64,000 nt of DNA from Octopus vulgaris (Eukaryota). Under the pieces are notes generated by a model. It saw only the letters and a list, made by a program, of their open reading frames with translations. It was not told where the DNA came from and ran no database searches. Both the position numbers and the translations under genes were made by a program. Location of the stretch: assembly GCA_951406725.2 (NCBI GenBank), contig OX597817.1, positions 46,500,001-46,564,000 of the forward strand. The letters are read 5' to 3'. This document shows positions 13,245-26,502 of the stretch, in pieces (positions within the stretch are counted from its first letter, which is position 1; every line of letters begins with the position of its first letter).

Positions 13245-13303
13245 ATTCCAGATCCCGGATTTCCGGCTTTGCATTTAGAAATACTTTGACTCATCAGTGG
13301 AAT
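13245..13303 (-). ncRNA. Type-I hammerhead motif, AUC site
   Basis: Minus strand ATTCCA-CTGATGA-GTC AAA GTATTT CT AAATGC AAA GCCG-GAAA-TCCGGG-ATC-TGGAAT; 6-bp stem I; base of stem II imperfect. Confidence 0.75.
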
Positions 13304-13569
13304 ATACGCAGAGAGAAACATAAATACACATATATATACATACAACATACGAATACTTACATACACAAACGTATACACATATATATATGCACGTATGCAA
13401 CATGACCAGTTTAAAATGCCCGCTTCTTAATTCCATGTGCGATATGGTTAAAACATCACCGCAGTAAATGCAATGAGGAAATAAATTTTAAATTTATATA
13501 AATAAGGATAGGATCGTTAATTTAAATCAAAAAACGATCCTATCAAGTGGCCAGCATGGAAGTAAAAAC

Positions 13570-14130
13570 CTTCAAAGGTAAAAATTATTGGTCAGCACGC
13601 AATATAAAATTAACGGCAGAACTCAAAGCAATTCAACGAAGCTACACAAAGAAAATCGTTTCAATGCAACATATCAGCTACTCGGAAAGACTGATAGGAT
13701 TAAAACACTCCTCCCTAGAACGAAGGCGAGAAAGATATGTAGTGACATACATTTGGAACATTCTGGAAGACGTTGTATCAAACTTTGACTTTGAAAGTTA
13801 CACAAACATAGTGCCAAAGATCCCAGCATCACAATCAAATAACAGGACCAAATACTACAACAGCTTGAGTTTCAAGTGCCTAAAGCTCTTCAACATCCTT
13901 CCAAAATGCCTGAGAGACCTGCATGGTTTGGATGTAGGTGTCTTTAAAACAAAACTGGATCTTTTCCTGTCAAGGGTTCGAGATGAGCCTATCTTGTGGC
14001 ACGAAACCCAGATGAGGCATAAAAGCGGCATAAAACTCCCCCATTCAACAAATACCACGAGGTTTCAAATAATAGTGTAGCCCAGCCAATAGTGGTGCCC
14101 CAGCATGACCACACCTTTAAAGTTGGAACA
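13570..14130 (+). mobile_element. CR1/L2-group LINE 3' fragment
   Basis: ORF 13547-14080: SLERRRERY..YIWNIL..LFNILPKCLRDL..FKTKLDLFLSRVRDEP. Confidence 0.88.
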
Positions 14131-14183
14131 ATTTAGAGATTTTAATGATTTATAAATATATATAAAAGTATATTTACACATAC

Positions 14184-14237
<54 letters not shown>

Positions 14238-14285
14238 TAAATATAATTATAATAAGAGTAGATCGTATACGAGTGGGTATATATT

Positions 14286-15255
14286 TGTAAAAAAGAAGTT
14301 TGAAAATGCCACTATATTAGATAAGTTTTAATTTTCTTATGAATTTTACATGTTTCGGTTCTTGAAAAAACGAACCTTATCAAATATATTATAAAAAGTG
14401 CAATAGAAAAGTTCATAATCGTTTCTTACTGTTCTCAATAGAATCCATGTGGTGGTGTTTTGTCGGTAGTTGGTATAATCGCTATATTACTGTTGAGTGT
14501 AGTGAAGAAGTCCATTATTGTTTCTTGCTGGTATCAAAAGGAACCGCTTTTTTGTTACCTTGTGTTCCAATGGTAGCAACAGTAGTGATTGTTGGTCATA
14601 GTAGTAGTAACCTGAGGCTGTTACTGTTATGGGTCAGATCTGATTTTGATTCGATAAAAAATTGATGACGTTTTTCTTCCGTGGTCAAGCTTGTCGTTCT
14701 GCTTGGTTGGTTTCCTTACAGGATACAGTTATGGGTATTTTCCTTGTATTCGTTGAAGTTTGGTTTTGATTGGTTTGGAATTATGTGACGTCAGTGAACA
14801 GTGCCAAAGAACCGACCACTGTTGCTACTACGATCAACAGTCCTCTACTACTGCTGCTACTGATTCCACGGCCACAGCTTAACTACTACAACTCCAAGGT
14901 TGCCAAAATTACGACTAACAGTAACAGCCACAGGTTACTACTACTACGACCAACAATCACTACTGTTGCTACCATTGGAACACAAGTTAACAAAAATGCG
15001 GTTCCTTTTGATACCAGCAAGAAACAGTAATGGACTTCTTCACTACATTCAACAGTAATATAGCGATTATACCAACTACCGACAAAACACCACCACATGG
15101 ATTCTATTGAGAACAGTAAGAAACGATTATGAACTTTTCCATTGCACGTTTTATAATATTTTTGATAAGGTTCGTTTTTTCAAGAACCGAAACATGTAAA
15201 ATTCATAAGAAAATTAAAATTTATCTAATATAGTGGCATTTTCAAACTTCTTTTT

Positions 15256-15259
<4 letters not shown>
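14286..15259. mobile_element. Penelope-style inverted duplication (arms 14286-14629 and 14916-15259), each arm with a U3-A8 HHR motif
   Basis: ~344-bp high-identity inverted arms near (TA)n; ATTT-TTGATAA-GGTTC..GAACC-GAAA-CAT-GTA-AAAT at 15158-15202 (+), mirrored at 14343-14387 (-). Confidence 0.8.
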
Positions 15260-15332
<73 letters not shown>

Positions 15333-15790
15333 GTACATATATATATATGTATATATATATTATCATCATTATTATCATTATATTATATTATATTATATTA
15401 TATTATATTATATTATATTATATTATATTATACTATATTATATTATACTATATTATATTACATTGCATTGTATTATATGAATTATATATACAAGAGTTTG
15501 CTATTATGTATGGACTTGTGTGATAATAGAAACAGGAAGAAACCGAGAGAGCACAAATTTTGATTAGAAAATGAAAGTAATCTTCATGCGAATTCATCTA
15601 ATTTACTATGATATCAAATTCAATATATATATTAAATATTTACAAGTTTAGTACCTATATTTTTCTTTGCTTAAGTACTTTCTCAAAAGTACACATTTCT
15701 TTCACATTGTGTTGGCTTTCAGTTGACGTCTGTGTTATTCTCATGAGATCAATAGTTAAGCACACACTGATATTTGTACGTTTGCAATTA

Positions 15791-15837
<47 letters not shown>

Positions 15838-15860
15838 TAGATAGTCAGACAGATAGATAG

Positions 15861-15893
<33 letters not shown>

Positions 15894-15918
15894 CATATAT
15901 ATATATATACATATATAT

Positions 15919-15987
<69 letters not shown>

Positions 15988-15999
15988 TATATATTCTTT

Positions 16000-16370
16000 T
16001 ATTCCTTTATTCTTGTACTTGTGTTTCAGTAATTTCACTGTGGCCATGCTGGATCATCGCCTTTAGTGGAACAAATCGATCCCAGGACTAATTCTTTGTA
16101 AGCCTAATACTTATTCTTTCGGTATCGTTTGCCGAACCGTTAAGTTATGGAAACGTAAACAGACCAATATCAGTTGTCAAGCGATACTGGGATGACAAAC
16201 GCAGATATATTCATACATATATATATGTATATACGATTGGCTTCTTTCAGTTTCCGCCTATCAAATCAAATCAACTCACAAGACTTTGGTCGACTTGAGG
16301 CTATAGTAGAAGACACTTGCCCAAGGTGGCACGCAGTGGGACTGAACGCGGAACCATGTGGTTGGGAAGC
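16000..16370 (-). mobile_element. tRNA-derived SINE family B
   Basis: Reverse complement of the 26503-26910 family. Confidence 0.88.
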
Positions 16371-16925
16371 TTTGTCAAGAAGAGTTTTGGGGCTCTGGGA
16401 ACATGGTTAGTTCTATTTGAAAAATAGAATGGTTGTACATGAGGACCCGCAAGAAAAAGCTAGATGAGTGTTGATGCAAAAATTCGAATCAGAAGACAAA
16501 GAGTGATTAAAAATTGAAAAACGCAGGGAAAGAACAGAAATAAATTAGAGCCACATCCCCTTTTCCCGAGGAAATCATAATTAAATTAGCTGGAGTTGAA
16601 TAATTCAACGTATATGAGTCCAAGTTCTGCGTGACAGGTGCTCAGTTCGCAGAGGATGGAGAATTATATAATCCAGTTCGACGAAGCAATTTGTCTATAT
16701 ACTTGCAGTTACTGAAAATTTCCGATCTGGAATTAAGGAGTGCGGTGGAATTCATGGATCTAAAAAGAATGTGCGATCTTTCAGTGATGCATTATTTGCG
16801 TGTCTGAGACCATATGGCATAGCTTATTCAATGATTCTCCATTTGATTGTACATTATTTTCCTCAGCCCACCTCTATATTGCGACCAACTTCTGTTGCAG
16901 ACGCACAACGTCTCTAGGATCCTAG

Positions 16926-17157
16926 GCGGCGAGCTGGCAGAATCGTTAGCACGCCAGGCGAAACGCGTAGCCGTATTTCGTCTGCCGTTACGTTCTGAGT
17001 TCAAATTCCACCGAGGTCGACTTTGTCTTTCGTGCTTTCGCGGTCGGTAAATTAAGTACCAGTCACGCACTGGGGTCGATATAATCGACTTAATCCCTTT
17101 GTCTGTCCTTGTTTGTCAACTCTGTGTTTAGCCCTTTATTGGTAGTAAAGAAATAGG
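16926..17157 (+). mobile_element. SINE family A
   Basis: Family A head and central motif. Confidence 0.9.
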
Positions 17158-17660
17158 TCCTGTGTTCTCTGAGAGACTTTTGTGTCATCTGCATAAGCAA
17201 CGGTGATTATCTGAGCAACTGAGGGCATGTCTGAGAGTATGAATAGTAGTGGCCCCAAGACAGTGCCCTCTGGAATATCATTTATTATTTCTTTTCCTTG
17301 GAGGAGGCCAATTGACTTCATCTTTTAGGAAAGCTATAAAGCTATTCTCGAAGTTTTTCGAGTATGCCAAGATAACCAATCATGTGACATATCTTACCAT
17401 GGTCGACCTTACCAAAGCCATTGGCAAAGTCGAAATATATCACGACTACATTTGAATTATTGAGCAGCGGGTTTAACACCCAACCAGAGTGCTGCAAGAG
17501 ATGAGCCAGGCAGCTTCTACCTGGTCGAAAACTATGCTGGGTGCCAAATAGCAAACCATCCTCTTCAAGGTATGCATTTAGTTTACTTCGGACTATTCCT
17601 ACATAACTTTGCTGAGGTGTGGAGTCAACGAGATAAGCCTATAGTCTTTAGCATCTGCTC
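17158..17660 (-). pseudogene. CR1/L2-group LINE reverse transcriptase fragment
   Basis: QHSFRPGRSCL..VIYFDFANGFGKVDHG..IPEGTVLGPLLFI..YADDTKV, broken by frameshifts. Confidence 0.88.
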
Positions 17661-17815
17661 TGCTTCCTTATATATATATATATATATATATAGAAAGAGA
17701 GAGAGAGAGAGAGAGATAAAGAGACAGACAGACAGACAGAACTTTCTTAAGCCTATTTATGCATAAACATTTATATTGATATATGTATTCGCGCATGCTC
17801 ATAAGTTCATCTTTC

Positions 17816-17856
<41 letters not shown>

Positions 17857-18202
17857 ATTAGAGATAAAACCACTATTAGGCAAATCAAGCAGTGAAAAAC
17901 ATAAGCCAATACATAAAATTAATTTAAAATTTAAAAGTTAAAAATGAAAAATTATTTAAATAATTTAAACTTATAAATTTTATATATATATACAAATGGA
18001 TTTAATCCCAAATCTCATTTTTCCCTGTAAGTTTGGATTTATTCCCTAATATTATTATTATATATTTATATATATATATATATTTATATATATGCATACA
18101 TACATACATATATTTATATATATATATATGTATATATACACAAATACATGCGTATATATGTACGTATGTGTATATATATGTATGTGTGTATATCTACATA
18201 TG

Positions 18203-18259
<57 letters not shown>

Positions 18260-19264
18260 ATATGTATATGTATGTCTATATGTATATCTATATATACACA
18301 TATATATCCAAACATTGTAAATATCTGTATATATGTTTATACAAACACATTAATACATACACACACTTCCAAATATGTTATAGAGCGCCTAATGTGTGAT
18401 TATGCGTAAGTATATATTATGTATATATCTGTTTTGCACATGCATGTACATTTTTATTCTTGTCTGTATGACTTTTATTCGTATGTCTGTACATATGTGT
18501 ATGTTTTTATGTCACCTTGTAGACATGTGTGTATGTATTCATGTATGTTCGTATGGCTATGTTGTATCTATGTTTGAATGTTTGTCTATGTTTGTATACT
18601 GTTGCTTTAAATGTGTATGTTTGCATCAGTTGAATGAAAGTATACACAGGAGTATTTCATTAGCAAATAACGGCAACAGTCACACTGTATAAAGGACACG
18701 TTCTTGTACACATGAATGCTATTAGCTTAATGTATCTAGAGAAAACATAATTTGAAAATAAATCTTCTGATCTTACGTCCAGATAGCTGTCTTGTCCGGT
18801 GTCTGCACGTATGAGCAATAGTGCGATGTCCAGTTAAACCTAACCTAAGCTGACCGTGTGTTTTGTAAAGTTCGTAATAGCAATATTGTATTAATTTATA
18901 AATACCTTATATCTATCTGCCCAATTTAACCTCGGAATAACCTGTTCTGAGATAATCTTTGACAACATTATGTGTCAGCTATAGTAAAGTGATATCGTAA
19001 CAATGTAACTCTTTACTTTGTTCTTCAGCATCTGTCGATAGAGATATATAATGTCTGCAGCCAATACAAATGAATAGAAGCGAATAGGAAGGGTTAAAAA
19101 AATTGAAAGATTAAGTGATTGAAATACGGTTTTTACATATATAGGTGTAATATCGCAGATGTTTACACGAAGGCCTTTACGAGAAATATGATCTCTATAA
19201 ACTTTCATATGTATATGTATATATATATATATACGTATATATTCAGAGATAAATAGGTAGGTAG

Positions 19265-19295
<31 letters not shown>

Positions 19296-19331
19296 GATAA
19301 ATAGACAGATAAATAGATAGATAGATAAAGT

Positions 19332-19382
<51 letters not shown>

Positions 19383-19383
19383 T

Positions 19384-19434
<51 letters not shown>

Positions 19435-19522
19435 TAGAGCAGAAAAGAAATGGCAGACAGTTTGGCAATGCTTGACTAGGACATTTAATTTAATTTAGCT
19501 AGATAATAAAAGGTTTAGACAA

Positions 19523-19610
19523 TATCTGACAGCTGCTTCTAGAAAATCTCAGCTATTGGAACATCATATCGAGCGAGTATTCCATAGGCTGAGTAACCGT
19601 CATTGGAGAG
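19523..19610 (-). ncRNA. Degenerate second copy of the 9309 hammerhead family
   Basis: Minus strand CCAATGA..CTCAGCCTATGGAA..TTCCAATAGCTGAG..GAAG-CAGCT-GTC-AGATA. Confidence 0.55.
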
Positions 19611-19629
19611 TGATAGGTTAAACATATGT

Positions 19630-19805
19630 AACAGTGAAAGCCACCTCTAGAAAGGCAATCACAAAATCACATCTTCAACTGCAGTTCAAACCATAATTTT
19701 AGTGAGGTACCAATTTGAGCACTCAGGACGCATACTCTCACGGAAACTTATCATATCATTTTGTGTGTGTGTGTGTGCGTGTGTGTGTGCATATATATAT
19801 ATATT

Positions 19806-19852
<47 letters not shown>

Positions 19853-19968
19853 ATAAGAGCAAGACGCCCCCCCCCCGTCCAATGGACGGTGCTGAGTTGT
19901 CAAACATTTAAACCAAATTTTCTCAAAACAACCGACCGTCCCATAAGCCTCCCCTTTGAGAAACACTG
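19630..19968. mobile_element. hAT-like non-autonomous element, right end
   Basis: Ends CCCCTTTGAGAAACACTG (hAT/Charlie-like terminus); first ~100 bp also present at 9520-9625. Confidence 0.45.
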
Positions 19969-20019
19969 ATGTAACCTAAATTTGAGACACCAGCAAAATA
20001 AAAAAATAAAGATAGACCC

Positions 20020-20396
20020 AAAGAAAAACGATTTTATTCACACAAATATGCAACCGAAGAGTTTAAAGTACCAGTAATGATAAGGCTGTTGACTGGGAGA
20101 ACACAAACATGGTTTAAATAGTAAGCTTGGCAGGAAAGAAACGTGCCTTTAAGCAGTGCAAAAACAACAAAAAATGGAAGGTACAGCTATGTACAGGTTG
20201 ACGGAAGAAAAGCAGGACAAAAACGGCTTTATCTATCGCATTCTCACCTGGAATCGATTTTTGTAATTTTTTCAAGACATACACGCCCTGATACTGTCGG
20301 TATCTAAATATCAAATTTGAACGCAGTTGGATGGAGGATGGCCTAGATCCTAGAAGACACACAGACAGATAGACAGAACGGATTTTATATAATAGA
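20020..20396 (-). mobile_element. Helitron-like 5' fragment
   Basis: Minus strand begins A|TCTATTATATAAAATCCGTTCTGTCT followed by a short microsatellite; no 3' CTAG seen. Confidence 0.45.
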
Positions 20397-20624
20397 TATA
20401 TATTAAAGGTGAAAATTAAATATTCTAAATGACCCGAGATGCCTTGGTTCTTTCCTTTTCCTTTAATACATAACTGCTGACTTGGAAGCCTGCTATGGAT
20501 CTATAGCTGCAGCCTCAGCTCTGAACTTTGAACTTAAAGGATGACCAGGTATATCACTTACGCAGCGTATCTATTGGTTCAGATCATCAGTGAACTAAAC
20601 CCTTCAAACTCTTAATATGTATGT

Positions 20625-20681
<57 letters not shown>

Positions 20682-20687
20682 AAGATA

Positions 20688-20725
<38 letters not shown>

Positions 20726-20854
20726 CAAGATTATATATTAAATCTGAGGATAGCTCTGCATTTTAAATTGATGTAATGATTGCATTGTTCAGTTAAATGG
20801 AGTCGCTTGAAACGATCGTACTGCATCACCTCTGGATATCCTGTTGCTTATTTT

Positions 20855-20950
<96 letters not shown>

Positions 20951-20953
<3 letters not shown>

Positions 20954-21571
20954 AATGTAGGATAAAATTTTTCGAAAAATGTTCTATCAATGGCCAGCAT
21001 ATTAAAAAATACCTTTAAAGTTTAAATTTATAAGCAATTTACAAGTAAGGGCAAAAGAGAAAATTTCTGTAGAATTTTTTTCTTTTGCCCTTACTTATAA
21101 ATTGTTTATAAAGTTAACATTTAAAGGTATTTTTTAATATGCTGGCCATTGAAAGAATTTTTTCGAAAACATTTTATCCTACATTAGATGTTAATTTAAT
21201 AGTATTCACTTCCGGACTCTCTCACTCTACGAGAATTTTTCAGTTCGAATTGCACGTGTCTCGAGATGGGCTAGAGAGTTTCTATTTTGGATATATTTGG
21301 GGTACTTAATTGTGCTCATGACTTAGTGTTCGTTTCTTCCATTGGTATGAGTAAGTATTTCACATATTTCTTTGCCGCATTTATCACTGATGAAGGGAAG
21401 GTTCTTATGAACTAACCCTGAAATCGGGTCCGATATGGTAATAACGGGATTTTTTTAGAAATTTCTGTCGGCTTTCTTTGAAACGCGTGCTTGTAGTGAT
21501 AAATTACATGGTTATTGACGTTATGTCTCTTCTGGCATTAGAAATTTTTTGTTTTGCCCTTACTTATAAAT
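20951..21571 (+). mobile_element. HHR-bearing 469-bp monomer with terminal redundancy and an inverted left segment, in (TA)n
   Basis: Palindrome 20951-21188; TTTTGCCCTTACTTATAAAT at 21083 and 21552; HHR at 21382-21435. Confidence 0.8.
21382..21435 (+). ncRNA. Type-I hammerhead ribozyme motif, GUC site
   Basis: TATCA-CTGATGA-AGGG AA GGTTC TTAT GAACT AA CCCT-GAAA-TCGG-GTC-CGATA; one mismatch at the base of stem I. Confidence 0.8.
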
Positions 21572-21585
21572 AATATATATATATC

Positions 21586-21662
<77 letters not shown>

Positions 21663-21664
21663 AT

Positions 21665-22685
21665 GTAGATGTGGACATATGCTTCATCTGTGGACAAGGA
21701 ATACACGAAGCGTGCTACTTAAAAAAGATAAATAACCACACCATTCCAGATATTCTAGGCCTACACTGGCTATGCTGTTATTGTTCACCAAGGGCCACAA
21801 TAACGAATGAACCTAGGACCCTAGCACAGACAGGCCGTTCTAAACAGACATTGATTGGCGAAACTGACATGGCAAATAAATCCTGCCACACACAGGCCAT
21901 CCAAGTGCCTCTTATAAATGACAAGAATGAAGACAATGACATGCAAATACCAACAAAACAAGAAGCAGGAGATCCTGCAGAAAAAGACCAAACTTCCCAC
22001 GAAAAGAAACAGATTCAGAGCAAACGCTCAAATGAAGAAAGGCCAGTATGTATCCATTACAGGAGCAACAAGTGCAAACATGGTCCTTCAGGTAAAGGGT
22101 GCACGTACAGTCACCCCAAGCCATGCAAACCATATATCAACTTCGGTACTGATCGAAAAAAAGGATGCCAAAATGGCCGAGAATGTGAACTCCTTCACCC
22201 AAAGATGTGCCGCAATTCGCTGAGAAAAAAAGAATGTTTTGGCGAGAATTGCAAATTTATGCACCGGAAGGGTACAATTCGCATTAAAAACTACTGAACC
22301 CACACCACCAGGACCAAGCTCAGCAGGGTATGAAAACTATTTCCCAAAAATGCGGAAACCAGGTCATGGCTCAACAGTGAATGAAAATCATGCTACTCAA
22401 TTGCATACATCAGCTGTAACAAACCCAAACTCGCAGAAATTCGATATAGTAATGAATGAAAGCAGTTTTTTAGGCATAATCTACCAACTACAACAACAGC
22501 TGTACTCCATACAGATGACTCAGCAAAACCAGGCAACATTGATACAAAGGCTGACACCTGGACTTACAGGGCACATACAACAAATACAGGCAGCCCAGCA
22601 GACTGAATATCCAGTCAGCACAGTCCCAGCAACTACAACAGTCTTGCTAACAATAGGGCAGATGTATCCGGTACAACAAGCATAA
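21665..22685 (+). pseudogene. LINE ORF1: partial PHD finger, three CCCH zinc fingers, Q-rich tail
   Basis: [18 protein letters not shown]; CIHYRSNKCKHGPSGKGCTYSH; CKPY..GCQNGRECELLH; CRNSLRKKECFGENCKFMH; frame change near 22280-22297. Confidence 0.8.
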
Positions 22686-25669
22686 TAACAGCAAATATCC
22701 AGGGTCTTTATCCGAAAACAAAACAGTGTAAAGTCCCTTTCTTGGAAGAATTAGCAACAGAAAACAACTCCAAAATAATTGGAATTACTGAAAGTCATCT
22801 CAACGAAAACATCCGCAACAGCGAAATCACAATCAATAGATTCAACATCTTCAGATGTGATAGACAAGGCAGATTCCATGGGGGCGTTATCATGTATATC
22901 CATGATACCTATGCATGCATAGAACTTGTCAATGAATCAAATGCCTACTGCAACCTGCTGTGCATAAAATCATCCAACTTAATACAGTTGTAACAATAAT
23001 GTACAGACCGCCAAACAGCCCAACATTATCCTTCACTGAGCCACTGACAAAGCTCCAACAAGTTCTGGGAAACATGGCGAGTCCAATGCCAGACATTATC
23101 CTCCTTGGTGACTTCGACTTCCCTAACATCATCTGGCCACATGGACACATACTAAAACTGGGGACAAAAGCTGAACAAATACAGGCAGCCAAACTGTTGG
23201 AAGTCACAGAGAAATTATACCTCAAACAAATGATGACAGAAGCAACAAGAAATAATAATACGATCGACTTGGTTTTCACCAACAACGAGGACACGCTATT
23301 TGACCTTCACTCAACCCCAACAATCCTTTCAGACCATAATATTATTGAAATGCATTTACACATTGGTAATGAGCCCAATGCCACAACTCTTAAACAAAAG
23401 GACATGCCAAAGCTATGCAGGTATGATTATCACCAGGCAAATTGGGAAACTATTAACAACCAGTTACAAATCATTGACTGGGTTCTCTACCTTACTGGGC
23501 CAGATAAACACAAGAAATTCTTAAACAAGATCGAAGAAATATGTGCAAAAAATATTCCTCTTAAGAAAACCAAATCCACAAAAAAACCTGTACCACGGGA
23601 GCGAAAGATCCTGATGCGCAAAAGGTCAAGACTAAGAAACAAAACATCTAAGCTGACATCAAAACATGAATTACAGAAAGTCCTTGACCAAATATACAGA
23701 TTAGAAGACAATCTAAAACAACACTATGATGAAGAACGTAACAATGCAGAAAAGAGAGCCATAGAAAACATCAAGAAAAATCCAAAATGTTTCTACAGTT
23801 TTGCAAAGAAATACTCGAATACCAAGTCAACAATAGGACCTCTCCAGAGACAAAATGGGGATGTAGTGAATAACCCTATTGAAATGGCAGAAATGTTGGG
23901 TCAACAGTATGAAAGTGTCTTCAGTGAGCCATCTAAAACCATGAAGATCCATGACCCAGGAAAATTCTTCAAGGATATCGACCATACTAAACCTACCCTA
24001 TCCGACATTGATTTCAACCCAGAAGACATAGAAAGAGCCATAGACAAGCTCTCCATGCACTCGGCTGCGGGGCCTGACGGTTTCAATGCCACGATACTTA
24101 AAAACTGCAAGGTACAATTGTTGAAAGCCCTTTACATGATATGGAGGGAATCTATGGAGAATGGCAAAATACCAAATACATATAAAGAAGCACACATAAC
24201 TCCAATACATAAAGGGGACAGCAAATCAAAACCAAAGAACTACCGACCAATCTCACTGACATCACACATTATCAAGGTCTTCGAAAGAATAGTTCGTGGA
24301 AAACTGGTTGAGTTCCTGGAATCCAACAATCTGATGAATTGCAACCAGCATGGATTCAGGTTAGGTAGATCATGTCTTTCCCAACTACTGGCACACCATG
24401 ACCAAATCCTAGAAAATCTAGAGAATGGATACAACACATGTTATCTACCTCGACTTTGCCAAGGCATTTGACAAGGTAGATCATGGCATCCTGGGTCACA
24501 AACTTCGAAAGGTAGGAGTAGGAGGAAAAGTTGGTACATGAATACATGAGTTCCTTACAAATAGAATTCAAACAGTCACTGTGAATGGAACCCATTCAAC
24601 ACCATCACCTGTGACCAGCAGTGTTCCTCAGGGTACAGTACTCGGCCCAATCCTGTTTCTCATCCTCATCTCTGACATAGATGAAGATACAACCAGCAAC
24701 GTCTCATCCTTTGCTGATGACACCAGGGTCATGAGACAAATCAAAGACGAGGTGGATACAGAGGCCTTACAAAAGGACCTGACCACCATATATAAATGGC
24801 AGGAAACAAACAACATGTTGTTCAATGATAAGAAGTTTGAACTAACTCGCTACGGAACAGATCAAGATCTGAAAAATACAACAAACTACAGAAACCCATC
24901 AGGACAACAAATAATGGAAAAACAGTATGTGAAAGATTTAGGCATCCACATGGGAACCAGCCTAAAATTCAGAGAACACCTTGACTCAGTCTGTCTTACT
25001 GCAAGAAAGTACAGCGGGTGGATCTTGCGTACCTTCAAATCAAGAGATACCTCAACAATGAAAACCCTCTGGAACAGTATGATACTTCCGAGGATTGACT
25101 ACTGTTCTCAGTTGTGGTCACCAACAACAAAGGGCCAACTATCTAAGATGGAATCGCTCCAAAGAAATTTTACCTCATACTTCTCAGAAACGAGGGACCT
25201 GGACTATTGGCAAAGACTCAAAACCTTGAAAATGTATTCAATAGAAAGAAGATTTGAGCGATACCGAATTATATACATTTGGAAAATGATAGAGCAAAAG
25301 GTGCCAAACTTTGGTATCAAAACCTACCACTCACTGCGCCACGGAAGACGCTGCCAGCTACCACCAATCAACAAAAAGGCTGGCCAGGCAGCAAAAACCC
25401 TGCGAGAGTCAAGTCTGTTGGTTCGAGGAGCACAACTATTCAACTCCATTCCGGTACATGTCAGAAATCTATCAGGATGCAGTGTGGAATCATTCAAATT
25501 GCAGCTGGATAGATACTTAAGCACCATTAGAGATGAACCCCATTTCTCAGGATATACACAACGAGCACAAACTGACTCAAACTCGCTCCTACACATGTCA
25601 AAATTAAACAGAGAATACAACCTGGCAACCACACCAGACTCTGAGGGTGGAGTCTTCGACTTGGCCTGA
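22679..25669 (+). pseudogene. LINE ORF2: apurinic endonuclease and reverse transcriptase
   Basis: ITANIQGL, ITESHL, YRPPN, LGDFDFP, IDLVF, SDH; YRPISL, QHGFR, YLDFAKAFD, PQGTVLGP, FADD; frameshifts near 22970 and 24435, TGA at 24539. Confidence 0.95.
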
Positions 25670-26502
25670 GCATGGACTCAAACTCAAATGAAATGAAAAA
25701 TGAAATGAAATATGGAGTGGTGACTGGCTTGCTGCCATCTGCAGTTGTTTTAGTTTAAGAATCAGAGAGAAATAGGGTTTGCTAAGAAATAAAAGTAGGG
25801 GGATGGACAAATTTCCATCAAGGGGAGAGAATTGCTGAGAGAGAGAATTTATATATATATATATACTTATGTTAGTATGTTTCTATATAATTCACTCTTA
25901 TTTATTTTTATTTTTGTTGTGCAAGTAGATGCAGATAAATTTAAATTTATTTCACTCCAATATCGGAAGTTATCAATGCATCGCAACTTGGGATTAAACT
26001 ACATGGTCATATATAACATTTAGGAATTATATAGATGATCGACTTTATTCTTCTGTTTATTTTTGTTTTGTTTTTTTAAATGGTAGAAAAAAGTTGTGAG
26101 AGAAGGGTGGGGTCATTAAAAGCCCTTGAGTCACTTACAATTGAGATTACCATTAACATTATACTGAGTACGGTCGATATTTTATATTTCTTTTATCTCT
26201 AACAGTGGAGGATATTTTGATTGATAGGAAGTCTCTTACGTGCTTAAGATTTCGTTCTGGGAGTCATTCAAACGTTTTATTTTATTTCTCTCATTTATCA
26301 TTGTTCTTTCTTTCTTTCTTTCTTTCTTTCTTTCCTGTGCATGTCCGCATTCTTTGTTAGTTCTCTATGTAGATACGCTTACCGTTTCCTCTACAAACGA
26401 CATATGAGCCCATTTTTGTTCTGCTCGGGTGTGAATCTAGGATATTTGGTCGTGTTTCCTATGCTGTTTATCACATGGGGATGATTTCGGATTAGTTTCC
26501 AT

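Larger units (their letters stand above)
21665..25711 (+). mobile_element. 5'-truncated CR1/L2-group LINE
   Basis: ORF1 plus APE-RT ORF2; short 3' UTR ending in (TGAAA)n; 5' end abuts (TA)n. Confidence 0.92.

Noticed and set aside
18930-19040. Minus-strand CTGAAGA followed by hairpins
   Set aside because: No properly placed GAAA and no stem I partner
20420-20610. Minus-strand CTGATGA with a TCTGAAC/GTTCAGA stem (related piece at 60393-60413)
   Set aside because: No GAAA after the stem and no stem III; cannot support an HHR call
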